A stretch of DNA of 64,000 nucleotides. Origin: an uncultured Candidatus Rokubacteria bacterium. GTDB taxonomy: Bacteria > Methylomirabilota > Methylomirabilia > Rokubacteriales > DASRDR01. The DNA is taken from NCBI GenBank assembly GCA_963826115.1, contig CAWGVS010000006.1, positions 32,001 to 96,000 of the forward strand, read 5' to 3'. The translations under genes and the position numbers were made by a program. This document shows, in pieces, positions 47,182-55,695 of this stretch; positions within the stretch are counted from its first letter, which is position 1; the number at the start of each line of letters is the position of its first letter. The notes beneath the pieces are model-generated. The model did no database searches and was not told the DNA's origin. It saw only the letters and a program-made list of their open reading frames with translations.

Positions 47182-47939
47182 GCGCCGGCTCCTCCGGGGG
47201 CGTCCAGGTCGAGGCCCTCGGGCCAGCGGTCGCGCGGCTCGTAGCCGAGCAGCGTCTTCGCCGGGCGGAGGTCGTAGCGAGGCATCCCGACCGGAAGACT
47301 GCAGACGTGCACGACCGTGAAGCGGGGCAGGCCTTCCGCCTCCACCGCGGCGGCGAAGCCGCGCCCGGCGTCCCCGGGACTGAGATAGCCGTCCTGTCCG
47401 TGGGCGCTTGCCGCGAGCTCGGCGGCGTGCGCGCGGTCGCGCGGCACCCAGCCCGGGCGGACGACCACCACGTTCACGCCGTGGGTGGCCGCGTAGACCT
47501 GGCCGGCCGCCTCGGTCAGGACCTTCGTGAGCGAATACCAGTTGCGAGGCGCAATGGGCGTGGCCGGGGTGATCGGGAGCGGGCCGTCGTGGCCGCGGTA
47601 GAGCTGGCCGCTGCTGATCAGGACCACCCGCTCGAGTCGGGCCTGGCGCGCCGCCTCGAGCATTCGGTAGAGCCCGACCACGTTGTTCGGGAGGAGCAGC
47701 GTCATGAAGTCGGCCTCGTCCGGCGTGGCGGCCAGGTGGACCGCCGTGTCCATGCCCTCGACCGCCCGCAGGAGGTCGTCCGGGCTCGCGACGTCGCCCA
47801 CGACGGCGTCCCGGAGGGCGGGCGAGGGGACGCGATCGAAGCCGCGCACGCGGTGGCCGCGGGCGAGCAACTCGGCGCTCACGGCCCGGCCGATCCGGCC
47901 GGCGGAGCCCGTCACCAGGACCGCGTGCGCGCGCGCCAT
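47178..47939 (-). CDS. NAD-dependent epimerase/dehydrogenase (uronate dehydrogenase-like SDR)
   Basis: VTGSAGRIG, VHLAA, YSLTK, LSP.D and LGYEP.D motifs. Confidence 0.85.
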   Translation of the reverse strand: MARAHAVLVTGSAGRIGRAVSAELLARGHRVRGFDRVPSPALRDAVVGDVASPDDLLRAVEGMDTAVHLAATPDEADFMTLLLPNNVVGLYRMLEAARQARLERVVLISSGQLYRGHDGPLPITPATPIAPRNWYSLTKVLTEAAGQVYAATHGVNVVVVRPGWVPRDRAHAAELAASAHGQDGYLSPGDAGRGFAAAVEAEGLPRFTVVHVCSLPVGMPRYDLRPAKTLLGYEPRDRWPEGLDLDAPGGAGA

Positions 47940-47940
47940 C

Positions 47941-48981
47941 CTAGGACGGCGCCGGTCCCGCGGGCGGCTCGACGAACGCGGACCCCATCGCGCCCGCGGG
48001 CACCGCGGGCGCCTCCCGGTCGAGGTAGCAGGCGACGACCCGGTGCGTCGCCGTGCGGAAGAGCGGGGGCGCGGCCGTTCGGCAGACCGGCATGGCCGAC
48101 GGGCAGCGGTCCTCGAAGAGGCACCCGCGGTCGTTGGTGTCGCCGCGCGCGGCTGTCCGCGGAGGCGCGCCGTCGGCCGTCCACGTCCGCTCCACGCCGG
48201 GAACGGGGATCGAGCCGACCAGGAGGCGGGTGTACGGGTGGCGAGGGTCCTTCACGACCAGCTCGACGTCGCCCGCCTCCACCACCGAGCCACGGTACAG
48301 CACGACGATGTTCTCCGCGACCTGGTAGGCGGTCGCCAGGTCGTGCGTGATGTAGACGACGGGGATCCGGAGGTCGAGCGTCATCTGCCGGAGCGCGCCC
48401 AGGATCGTCGCGCGGAGCGAGGCGTCCACCATCGAGACGGGCTCGTCCGCGAGGATGACGCGCGGCCGCAGGAGGAGCGCCCGCGCCACCATCACGCGCT
48501 GCCGCTGGCCCCCGGAGAGCTGGTGCGGGAAGCGGCCGAGGGTCTCGTCGGGGCGGAGCCCGACCGCCCGGAGCGCGTGCTCGATCAGGCTCCGGGCCTC
48601 GGCGCGGGAGGCCGCCAGGCCGAACTTCGCGACCGGCACCGTCAGGACGTGGTCCACCCGGTAGAAGGGGTTGTAGACCTCGTACGGGTCCTGGAAGACC
48701 GCCTGCACCTCGCGGCGGAAGGTCCGCCGCTCCGCGGCCGACATCGCGGTGAGGTCGCGCCCGCGGTAGGCGATGGACCCCGCCGTCGGCGTGAGGAGCC
48801 CGAGGAGGAGCCGGGCGAGCGTCGTCTTGCCGCTCCCGCTCTCACCGACCACCGCGGTGACGGACGGGCGCCCCTCGGCCAGCGCGAGCGAGAACTCGCG
48901 GAGCGCCACCGTGTGCCGCCGGTCGAGCAGTCCGCCGCCGAAGGCCTTGGTCACCGCGCGAGCCTCGAGGAGGGCCGCCAT
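47941..48981 (-). CDS. Oligopeptide/dipeptide-type ABC ATPase (OppF-like)
   Basis: GESGSGKTT, FQDP, LSGGQRQR, HPYT and GC.F..RC motifs. Confidence 0.93.
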   Translation of the reverse strand: MAALLEARAVTKAFGGGLLDRRHTVALREFSLALAEGRPSVTAVVGESGSGKTTLARLLLGLLTPTAGSIAYRGRDLTAMSAAERRTFRREVQAVFQDPYEVYNPFYRVDHVLTVPVAKFGLAASRAEARSLIEHALRAVGLRPDETLGRFPHQLSGGQRQRVMVARALLLRPRVILADEPVSMVDASLRATILGALRQMTLDLRIPVVYITHDLATAYQVAENIVVLYRGSVVEAGDVELVVKDPRHPYTRLLVGSIPVPGVERTWTADGAPPRTAARGDTNDRGCLFEDRCPSAMPVCRTAAPPLFRTATHRVVACYLDREAPAVPAGAMGSAFVEPPAGPAPS

Positions 48982-48985
48982 GCCG

Positions 48986-49942
48986 TTACGCCAGGTGGCA
49001 GGCCGCCCAGCCGTCGGGGCGCGCCTCGCGGAGCTCGGGGACCTCGTGCCGGCACCGGTCCACCGCGAGCGGGCAGCGGGGATGGAAGGCGCACCCGGCC
49101 GGGAGATCCCGGAGCGGCGGCGGGAGCCCCGGGATTCCCCGGAAGACGCCCTTCCGCTCGAGCGAGGGCAGGCTGGCGATGAGCATGCGCGTGTAGGGGT
49201 GGAGGGCCTCGGTGAAGACGTCGCGGACCGGGGAGAGCTCGACCAGCCGGCCCGCGTACATGACGCCCAGGCGGTCGACGAACTGGGCCATCAGCCCCAT
49301 GTCGTGGCCCACCAGGATGACGGAGGCGCCGAGCTCGGCCTGGGCCCGCCCGAGCGTGTCCATGACCTGCCGCTGGACGACGACGTCGAGCGCGCTCGTC
49401 GGCTCGTCGGCCACGAGGACGCGCGGGGAGAGGCTCACGGCGATCGCGATGCACGCCCGCTGCTTCATGCCGCCGGAGAGCTGGTGGGGGAACATGCCGG
49501 CGACCTCGGGATCGAGGCCCACGCGCGGGAGGAGGTCCCGGAGGCGCTCCGCGAGCGCGCGTCCGGTCAGCGGCGCGCCGTGGTCGCGGAGGGCGTCGGC
49601 AACCTGGTCGCGGATCCGGAGCACGGGGTTGAGGGAGTTCATCGATCCCTGCGGGACCAGCGCGATCCGCGCCAGCCGCTGACGCCGCATCTCCTCCTCC
49701 GGCAGCGTGAGGAGATCCCGGCCCTCGAGCCACACCGAGCCGGCCTCGATGTGGCCGGGCGGCTTGATCAGACGCAAGAGGGCCAGCGCCATCGTCGACT
49801 TGCCGGAGCCGGATTCCCCGGCGATGCCGAGTCGCTCGCCGGCCCGCAGGTTGAACGTCAGGCGGTCGGCCGCCCGCACCGCGCCCGCCGGGGTGTGGTA
49901 CCGCACCGTGAGGCCCTCGACGCGGAGCACGTCCGGGGTCAC
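48986..49942 (-). CDS. Oligopeptide/dipeptide-type ABC ATPase (OppD-like)
   Basis: GESGSGKST, LSGGMKQR, ADEPTSALD and GCAFHPRCP motifs. GTGA overlap. Confidence 0.93.
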   Translation of the reverse strand: MTPDVLRVEGLTVRYHTPAGAVRAADRLTFNLRAGERLGIAGESGSGKSTMALALLRLIKPPGHIEAGSVWLEGRDLLTLPEEEMRRQRLARIALVPQGSMNSLNPVLRIRDQVADALRDHGAPLTGRALAERLRDLLPRVGLDPEVAGMFPHQLSGGMKQRACIAIAVSLSPRVLVADEPTSALDVVVQRQVMDTLGRAQAELGASVILVGHDMGLMAQFVDRLGVMYAGRLVELSPVRDVFTEALHPYTRMLIASLPSLERKGVFRGIPGLPPPLRDLPAGCAFHPRCPLAVDRCRHEVPELREARPDGWAACHLA

Positions 49943-50835
49943 ACGGCCCTCCGGAGCCGGGGGTTGGCGACCTCGTCGAGGCCCACGGTGACGAAGAAGA
50001 GCCCCAGGAACACGACGAGGATCACGACGATCGGCGCGGCCCACCACCACCACCAGCCGTTGATGAGGGCCGCGTTGAAGTTGACCCAGTAGAGGGTCAT
50101 CCCGAGCGTCGGCGAGTCGATCGGCCCGAGGCCGAGGACCTCGAGGAACACCGAGGCGAGGATCGCGCTCGAGACCGCGTTGACGAGCGTCGCCCCCAGG
50201 TACGGCAGGAGGTTCGGCGCGAGCTCGCGGACGATGATCTCCGGGCCGCGCATGCCGGAGAGGCGCGCGACGTCGACGTAGCCGCGCTCGCGGAGACTCA
50301 GGGCCTGGGCCCGGATGGCGCGCGTCGGGCTGAGCCAGGCCAGCGACGCCACGACGATCGCCATCTGGTCGACGGTCAGCCCTTCCTTGATCGAGACGGC
50401 GATGATGATGAGCACCAGGAGCCCGGGCACCGTGAGGCCGACGTCCACGACGCCCCGGATGATCGCGTCCGTCGCGCCCCGGTAGTACGCCGCGGTGAAG
50501 CCGAGAATGGCGCCGAGGCCCACGCCGATCACGCCGGCGATGAAGCCGATGCGGAGCGTCAAGGGCGTGCCCGCGACCATCACCGCCAGGAGATCGCGTC
50601 CCTGGCGGTCCGTGCCGAGCGGGTACTGGCGGGACGGCGGCCGGAGGGTCGGGGCCGAGAGCGGCCGCGCCTTCGACGTGTCGACGACCAGGTGGCCCAC
50701 GCCCACGAAGGCGGTCAGGGCGCCCAGGAGGACGAGCCCGACGGCCAGCGCCACGTTGCGGCGCAGGTAACGACCGAGGGCGGGCGCGACGCCGGGCCAC
50801 GGAGCGGGCGCCGGCGGGACCGGGAGGTCGGCCAC
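49939..50835 (-). CDS. ABC permease (OppC-like)
   Basis: PLGTD.QGRD and the EAA loop YVDVARLSG. Confidence 0.92.
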   Translation of the reverse strand: MADLPVPPAPAPWPGVAPALGRYLRRNVALAVGLVLLGALTAFVGVGHLVVDTSKARPLSAPTLRPPSRQYPLGTDRQGRDLLAVMVAGTPLTLRIGFIAGVIGVGLGAILGFTAAYYRGATDAIIRGVVDVGLTVPGLLVLIIIAVSIKEGLTVDQMAIVVASLAWLSPTRAIRAQALSLRERGYVDVARLSGMRGPEIIVRELAPNLLPYLGATLVNAVSSAILASVFLEVLGLGPIDSPTLGMTLYWVNFNAALINGWWWWWAAPIVVILVVFLGLFFVTVGLDEVANPRLRRAV

Positions 50836-50842
50836 GGCGCGG

Positions 50843-51847
50843 CTACGCCTTCCGGTAGGTGATGCGCGGGTCGAGGAGCGGGTACACCGCGTCGAGGATG
50901 AGCGTCGCGAGTCCGAGCGCGACGATGACGATGAACACGATGCCTTGGATCAGGAAGTGGTCGTTCTCGCGAATGGCCTGGAACAGGACCGTGCCGATGC
51001 CGGGGTACCCGAAGATGACCTCGACGAGCACCGCCCCGGACACGATCTGGCCGAGCGCCAGCGCGAGCCCGGTGGCCTGCGGGAGGAGCGCGTTCCGGAG
51101 GCAGTAGTGGACGAAGATGGTGAGACTCCGGAGGCCCTTCGCCTCGGCGAACGTCACGTAGTCCTCGCCCTGGGTCGTCACCATCATGCCCCGCATCGAC
51201 AGGGCCCAGCCGCCCGTCGCCACCAGCACGATGGACAGGGCGGGCAGGACCGCGTGCTGGAGCACGTCGAGGACGAAGGGGACCGTCAGCGCCGGGAAGG
51301 CGCCGGCGCTGTAGCCGCCGAACATCGGCAGCACCGGGAAGCGGAACGCGAACACGTAGATCAGCATGAGACCGAGCAGGAAGAACGGGATCGCGTGGAG
51401 CGCCCAGAGGGGCGGCATCAGCCAGCGCATCCAGCGCGGGGCCCGGGGCCAGCCGAGGAGCGCGCCCAGGAACGTCCCGAGGGTGAAGGACACGAGCGTC
51501 GTGGTGCCGAGGAGCGCGACGGTCCAGGGGAGGGCCTCGGCGATCATGTCGTTCACGGTGCGGGGGTAGTTGGCGATCGAGTAGTTGAAGCGGAGCCGCG
51601 CGGCGTCCCGGAGGAAGCTCCCGTACTGCGCCCACAGCGGGCGATCGAGCCCGAACCGCTTGTCGTATTCCTTGACCATCTCGTCGATGCCGGCCTGCAC
51701 GTGGCCGCCGAGCTGCGCCTGCTGGAGGAGCTTCACCCGCACGGGGTCCTGGCCGGTGAGCCGGGGCAGGAAGAAGTTGAGGGTGGCGGCCAGCCACGCG
51801 ATCAGGAGGAACACGCCGACACGACGGAGGAGATAGCTAGCCGACAC
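50843..51847 (-). CDS. ABC permease (OppB-like)
   Basis: FGLDRPL..QY, DYVTFAEAKGL, RNALLP and EVIFGYPGIG motifs. Confidence 0.93.
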   Translation of the reverse strand: MSASYLLRRVGVFLLIAWLAATLNFFLPRLTGQDPVRVKLLQQAQLGGHVQAGIDEMVKEYDKRFGLDRPLWAQYGSFLRDAARLRFNYSIANYPRTVNDMIAEALPWTVALLGTTTLVSFTLGTFLGALLGWPRAPRWMRWLMPPLWALHAIPFFLLGLMLIYVFAFRFPVLPMFGGYSAGAFPALTVPFVLDVLQHAVLPALSIVLVATGGWALSMRGMMVTTQGEDYVTFAEAKGLRSLTIFVHYCLRNALLPQATGLALALGQIVSGAVLVEVIFGYPGIGTVLFQAIRENDHFLIQGIVFIVIVALGLATLILDAVYPLLDPRITYRKA

Positions 51848-51892
51848 GGGAGACGATCCTGGCGCGTCGCTGGCCGCGGCGCCCGTCGGAAG

Positions 51893-51931
51893 GGCGGCCG
51901 GGTCGCGCGGCGATCACGCGACCCGGCCGCC
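51893..51931 (-). terminator. 15-bp perfect hairpin between the SBP and permease genes (stabiliser/partial terminator)
   Basis: GGCGGCCGGGTCGCG-N9-CGCGACCCGGCCGCC, 14 bp after the SBP stop. Confidence 0.6.
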
Positions 51932-51945
51932 GGAGCGCGGGTGGC

Positions 51946-53763
51946 CTACTGCGTCGGCTGGAGATTCCAGAGCACCATCGCGTAGGTGAGGTGCCAGAAC
52001 GCGCCGTTGACGTACGGCGTCTCCGCCGTCGGCCAGTTCTGCCAGTACGTCGTGTTCATGGGGATCCGGTGGATGTTGTGGACGAGCGGGATGTCCGGGA
52101 GCTCGGGGAGCCAGATCTCCATCGCCTTGTGGAAGAGCTCCATCAGGCGCGCCTTGTTCCGCATGTCGGTGACGAACACGTCGTCGACGATCTTGTTGTA
52201 GGCCTCGTTCTTCCAGCGGGCGAAGTTGACGAGGTGCGCGCCGGGCACGGCGACGGTGCTGCTCTGGTAGAGGCGGAGGGTGTAGTAGGGGTCGTTGACC
52301 CCGCCGCCGTGGCCGTAGATCGCCCCCGTGAACTGGCCCTTCTGGAACCGGTCGTCGAAGTCCGGCGGCAGGTTCATGCTCGCGTCGACTCCCTGCCGCT
52401 TGAGGAGCTCCACCAGGACGGGCCCGATCGCCGGGCCGCTCGAGCCGAACCCGATGATGTCGAGCTTGAGCCGGTTGCCCTGAGCGTCGACCCACATCCC
52501 CTGGGCGTCCTTCTTCCAGCCCTTCTTGCCGAGGAGGGCCTCGCCCTTCTTCGGGTCGAACTCCAGCGTGTTGTGCTTGGCGAGGAGGTCCTTCACCCCG
52601 TCGATGTACGGCTTCAGCGCCGGGTACTCGGGGAGCGGCAGCGGGGACACCAGCGCGGCGCCGAGGTACCCGACGTCGACGATCTGCTGGCGGTCGATGA
52701 ACGAGCTGATGGCCCACCGCACGTCCTTGTCGTCGAACGGCGGCCGCTCGTTGTTCACGTAGAGCGAGATGGGCCACCAGTCCATGTAGCCGTACGGCGG
52801 CTTCTGCCCGGAGTGCGTGATGATCTTCGGGTTCTGCCGGAAGATCGTCTGGAACGTCGCGGGCTGCATGGATCCCGCGTAGTCGATCTGGTTGGAGATC
52901 AGCAGCTGGGCGTTCTGCTGCTCGGTCGCGTTGGGGAGCCAGATGTTGCGCTCCACCTTGGGCATCGGCGCCAGGCCCGCCTTGGCCGCCCACCACTCGT
53001 CGCGGCGGTCGATCACCTTCTGCTGGGGCGAGGAGAACGCCACCTGCCAGGGGCCCGTCGTCACCGGCTGGCCCTTGGCGACGTCGAAGTGCTTGAACGT
53101 CGTCCAGTCCTGGCCCTGGAAGATGTGCTTCGGCACGATGTAGACGCCGATGTCGTACTTGTAGGTCAGGAAGAAGAAGAACCGGGGCGCGGGGACCTTG
53201 AACTTGATCACGACCGTGTTGGCGTCGGTCGCGCGCGCCTCCTGCATGAACTGCTGGACGTCGACGCCCCAGCGGACCTTCGGGCCGAGGTCCCGCAGGC
53301 TGGTGAGCGTGTAGGCCACGTCCTCGGCCGAGAAGGGCGCGCCGTCGCTCCACTTGATCCCGGAGCGGGTCTTGATCGTCAGCTCCTTGAAGTCCGGGCT
53401 GTACCGGTAGCTCTCGGCGAGCCACAGGTACTCCTTGTCGGCGAAGGCGCTGTAGTAGGCCAGGGGCTCGTAGAGGATGCCCGGCCCGTTCTGGTGGTTC
53501 GACCCGATGGAGTACGGGTTCCACAGCTCGAAGTCGACCCACCGGCCCTCGCGGCTGCCGATCCAGACGAGGCTGAGCGTGCGGTTCCGGGCGACGGTCT
53601 TGAGCTGGGCCGAGGCCGGCCGGGCCGGGAGGACGGCCGCGGCGCCCACGGCGCCCGCCGCGAGGGCGCCCGTCTTGATGAGGTCCCGGCGGCTCAGCCC
53701 GCCCGCGCGCGCGGGCGTGACGCCGGTCCCGTTCAGGCCGTTCGAGGTCCCGTCGTGAGACAC
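51946..53763 (-). CDS. Family 5 ABC substrate-binding protein with Tat signal
   Basis: SRRDLIK Tat motif; YEPL, KWSDG.PFSAEDV.YT, TGPW and PFDD.DVR.A motifs. Confidence 0.93.
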   Translation of the reverse strand: MSHDGTSNGLNGTGVTPARAGGLSRRDLIKTGALAAGAVGAAAVLPARPASAQLKTVARNRTLSLVWIGSREGRWVDFELWNPYSIGSNHQNGPGILYEPLAYYSAFADKEYLWLAESYRYSPDFKELTIKTRSGIKWSDGAPFSAEDVAYTLTSLRDLGPKVRWGVDVQQFMQEARATDANTVVIKFKVPAPRFFFFLTYKYDIGVYIVPKHIFQGQDWTTFKHFDVAKGQPVTTGPWQVAFSSPQQKVIDRRDEWWAAKAGLAPMPKVERNIWLPNATEQQNAQLLISNQIDYAGSMQPATFQTIFRQNPKIITHSGQKPPYGYMDWWPISLYVNNERPPFDDKDVRWAISSFIDRQQIVDVGYLGAALVSPLPLPEYPALKPYIDGVKDLLAKHNTLEFDPKKGEALLGKKGWKKDAQGMWVDAQGNRLKLDIIGFGSSGPAIGPVLVELLKRQGVDASMNLPPDFDDRFQKGQFTGAIYGHGGGVNDPYYTLRLYQSSTVAVPGAHLVNFARWKNEAYNKIVDDVFVTDMRNKARLMELFHKAMEIWLPELPDIPLVHNIHRIPMNTTYWQNWPTAETPYVNGAFWHLTYAMVLWNLQPTQ

Positions 53764-53936
53764 CGTCGTCTCCTTTCGCCCCGGCCGGCGGGCGCCGGCC
53801 GAGTCTCGCGTGCGTTCGAGCCAGGGAACCCCTTGCGCCCGAGGTGAAGGAAGTATATGAAACCCATCACGAACCCGCGTGGTCTGTCAAGCGGACGCCC
53901 GCGCGCGGGAACGACACGGACCAGGGAGGACCGAGC

Positions 53937-54983
53937 GTGGCACGGTTCAAGGTGGTGACGCCCGAGGGAGTGAGCTTCGGCCCGCCAGGGGTGGGCTACG
54001 ACAGCGAGATGGAGGCGCTCGGGCCGATCGGCGCCGAGATCGTCGACATCCCGCCGGGGAGCGACGACGAGTTCATCGCGGCGGCCCGGGACGCCGACGC
54101 GCTCTACGTCAAGGTTCGGCGCATCAACAAGCGGATCATCGACGGGCTGGAGCGGTGCCGCGTGATCTCGCTCGGGATGGTCGGCGTGGACTCGGTCGAC
54201 GTCGCGGCGGCCACCGCGCGCGGCATCCCGGTCACCAACGTGCCCGACACGTTCATCGAGGAAGTCGCCGACCACGCGCTCATGCTGATCCTGGCCTCGT
54301 ACCGGCGCCTGACCCTCATGGACCGGTACGTGCGCGAGGGCCGCTGGGCCGAGGGCCGGCCGCACCTCTCGCTGTTCCCCCGGCTGTGGGGCCTGACCCT
54401 CGGGCTGATCGCCTTCGGCCACGTGGCCCGCGCGGTCGCGAAGCGGGCGCAGCCGTTCGGCCTGCGGATCCTCGCCTACGATCCGTACGTCGACGAGACG
54501 GTGATGACCCAGCACGACGTCGAGCCGGTGGGGCTCCACGACCTCCTGCGGCGCTCGGACATCGTCTCCATGCACGCGCCGGCGACGGCGGACGCCTTCC
54601 ATCTCCTGACCGAGGAGCACTTCAGGTTGATGAAGCGGGAGGCCCTGTTCGTCAACACGGGCCGCGGATCGACGGTCGACGAAGCCGCCCTGGTGAAGGC
54701 GCTGGAGGAGGGCTGGATCGCGGGCGCCGGGCTGGACGTGTTCGAGCAGGAGCCGGCGATCACGACCAACCCGCTGCTCCGGATGGAGAACGTCATCCTC
54801 ACGCCGCACGTCGCCTCGGCGTCGGCGCGCATGGATCCGGAGCGGCGCCGCCGCGTGGGCCGCGAGATCGCCCTCGTGCTGACCGGCCGCTGGCCGATGA
54901 GCTGCGTGAACCCGACGGTGCTGGAGAAGACGACGCTCAGGCGCTGGCAGCCGTACTCGATGGAGCGCGGCCCCGGCAACTGA
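53937..54983 (+). CDS. D-2-hydroxyacid dehydrogenase (CtBP-like)
   Basis: NVPD...EEVADH, FGHVAR, VNTGRG and TPHVAS motifs. GGAGG RBS. Confidence 0.92.
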   Translation: MARFKVVTPEGVSFGPPGVGYDSEMEALGPIGAEIVDIPPGSDDEFIAAARDADALYVKVRRINKRIIDGLERCRVISLGMVGVDSVDVAAATARGIPVTNVPDTFIEEVADHALMLILASYRRLTLMDRYVREGRWAEGRPHLSLFPRLWGLTLGLIAFGHVARAVAKRAQPFGLRILAYDPYVDETVMTQHDVEPVGLHDLLRRSDIVSMHAPATADAFHLLTEEHFRLMKREALFVNTGRGSTVDEAALVKALEEGWIAGAGLDVFEQEPAITTNPLLRMENVILTPHVASASARMDPERRRRVGREIALVLTGRWPMSCVNPTVLEKTTLRRWQPYSMERGPGN

Positions 54984-55023
54984 CCGGTTCGCGCGGCGGG
55001 GGGACTCGGGGGCGGCGCGCCCG

Positions 55024-55695
55024 TCAGGACGTCGTGGTGCCCGCCTCGCCCCCGAAGAGGCCGCTGTCGAGGGCGTAGCGGACGAGCTCGGCGCGGCTCT
55101 GGAGCCCGAGCTTCTCCACCAGGCGGGCCCGGTACGTCTCGACGGTCTTGACCGAGAGCCCGAGGTGGTCCGCGATCTGCTGGTTGGTGTAACCCTGGGC
55201 CACCAGCTCCAGGACCTCGCGCTCCCGCTGGCTCAGCGGGGTGGCCGGCGTGCCGCCGGTGGCGCCGCGCCGGCGGAGCCCGCTCTGCACCACGCTCGCC
55301 GCGAGCGCGGGGTCGAGCGCGGTCCGCCCGCGGTGCACGTCGCGAATGGCGGCCAGGAGCGCGGAGTCCGCCGCGCGCTTCACGACGTACCCCGAGGCCC
55401 CCGCGGCCAGCGCGGCGCGGAGATACGCCGGCATGTCGTGCATCGTGAGGACGAGCACGCGCGTGGCCGGCGCCGCCTCACGGATGCGCTCGATCGCCTT
55501 GATGCCGCTGGACCCGGGCATGCTGATGTCGACCAGCGCGACGTCGGGGCGGAGCGCGGAGGCCTTCCGCACGGCCTCGTCACCGTCGCTCGCCTCACCC
55601 ACCACCTCCAGGTCCCGCTGGCTGCTGATGAGCATGCGGAGCCCGGACCGGAGGACGGCGTGATCATCCGCGATGAGGATCCGGATCCTTGCCAT
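55024..55695 (-). CDS. NarL/LuxR family response regulator
   Basis: ADDH, DISMP and LTMH motifs; HTH LSQREREVL..GYTN..IA..L..SVKTVETY. Confidence 0.95.
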   Translation of the reverse strand: MARIRILIADDHAVLRSGLRMLISSQRDLEVVGEASDGDEAVRKASALRPDVALVDISMPGSSGIKAIERIREAAPATRVLVLTMHDMPAYLRAALAAGASGYVVKRAADSALLAAIRDVHRGRTALDPALAASVVQSGLRRRGATGGTPATPLSQREREVLELVAQGYTNQQIADHLGLSVKTVETYRARLVEKLGLQSRAELVRYALDSGLFGGEAGTTTS

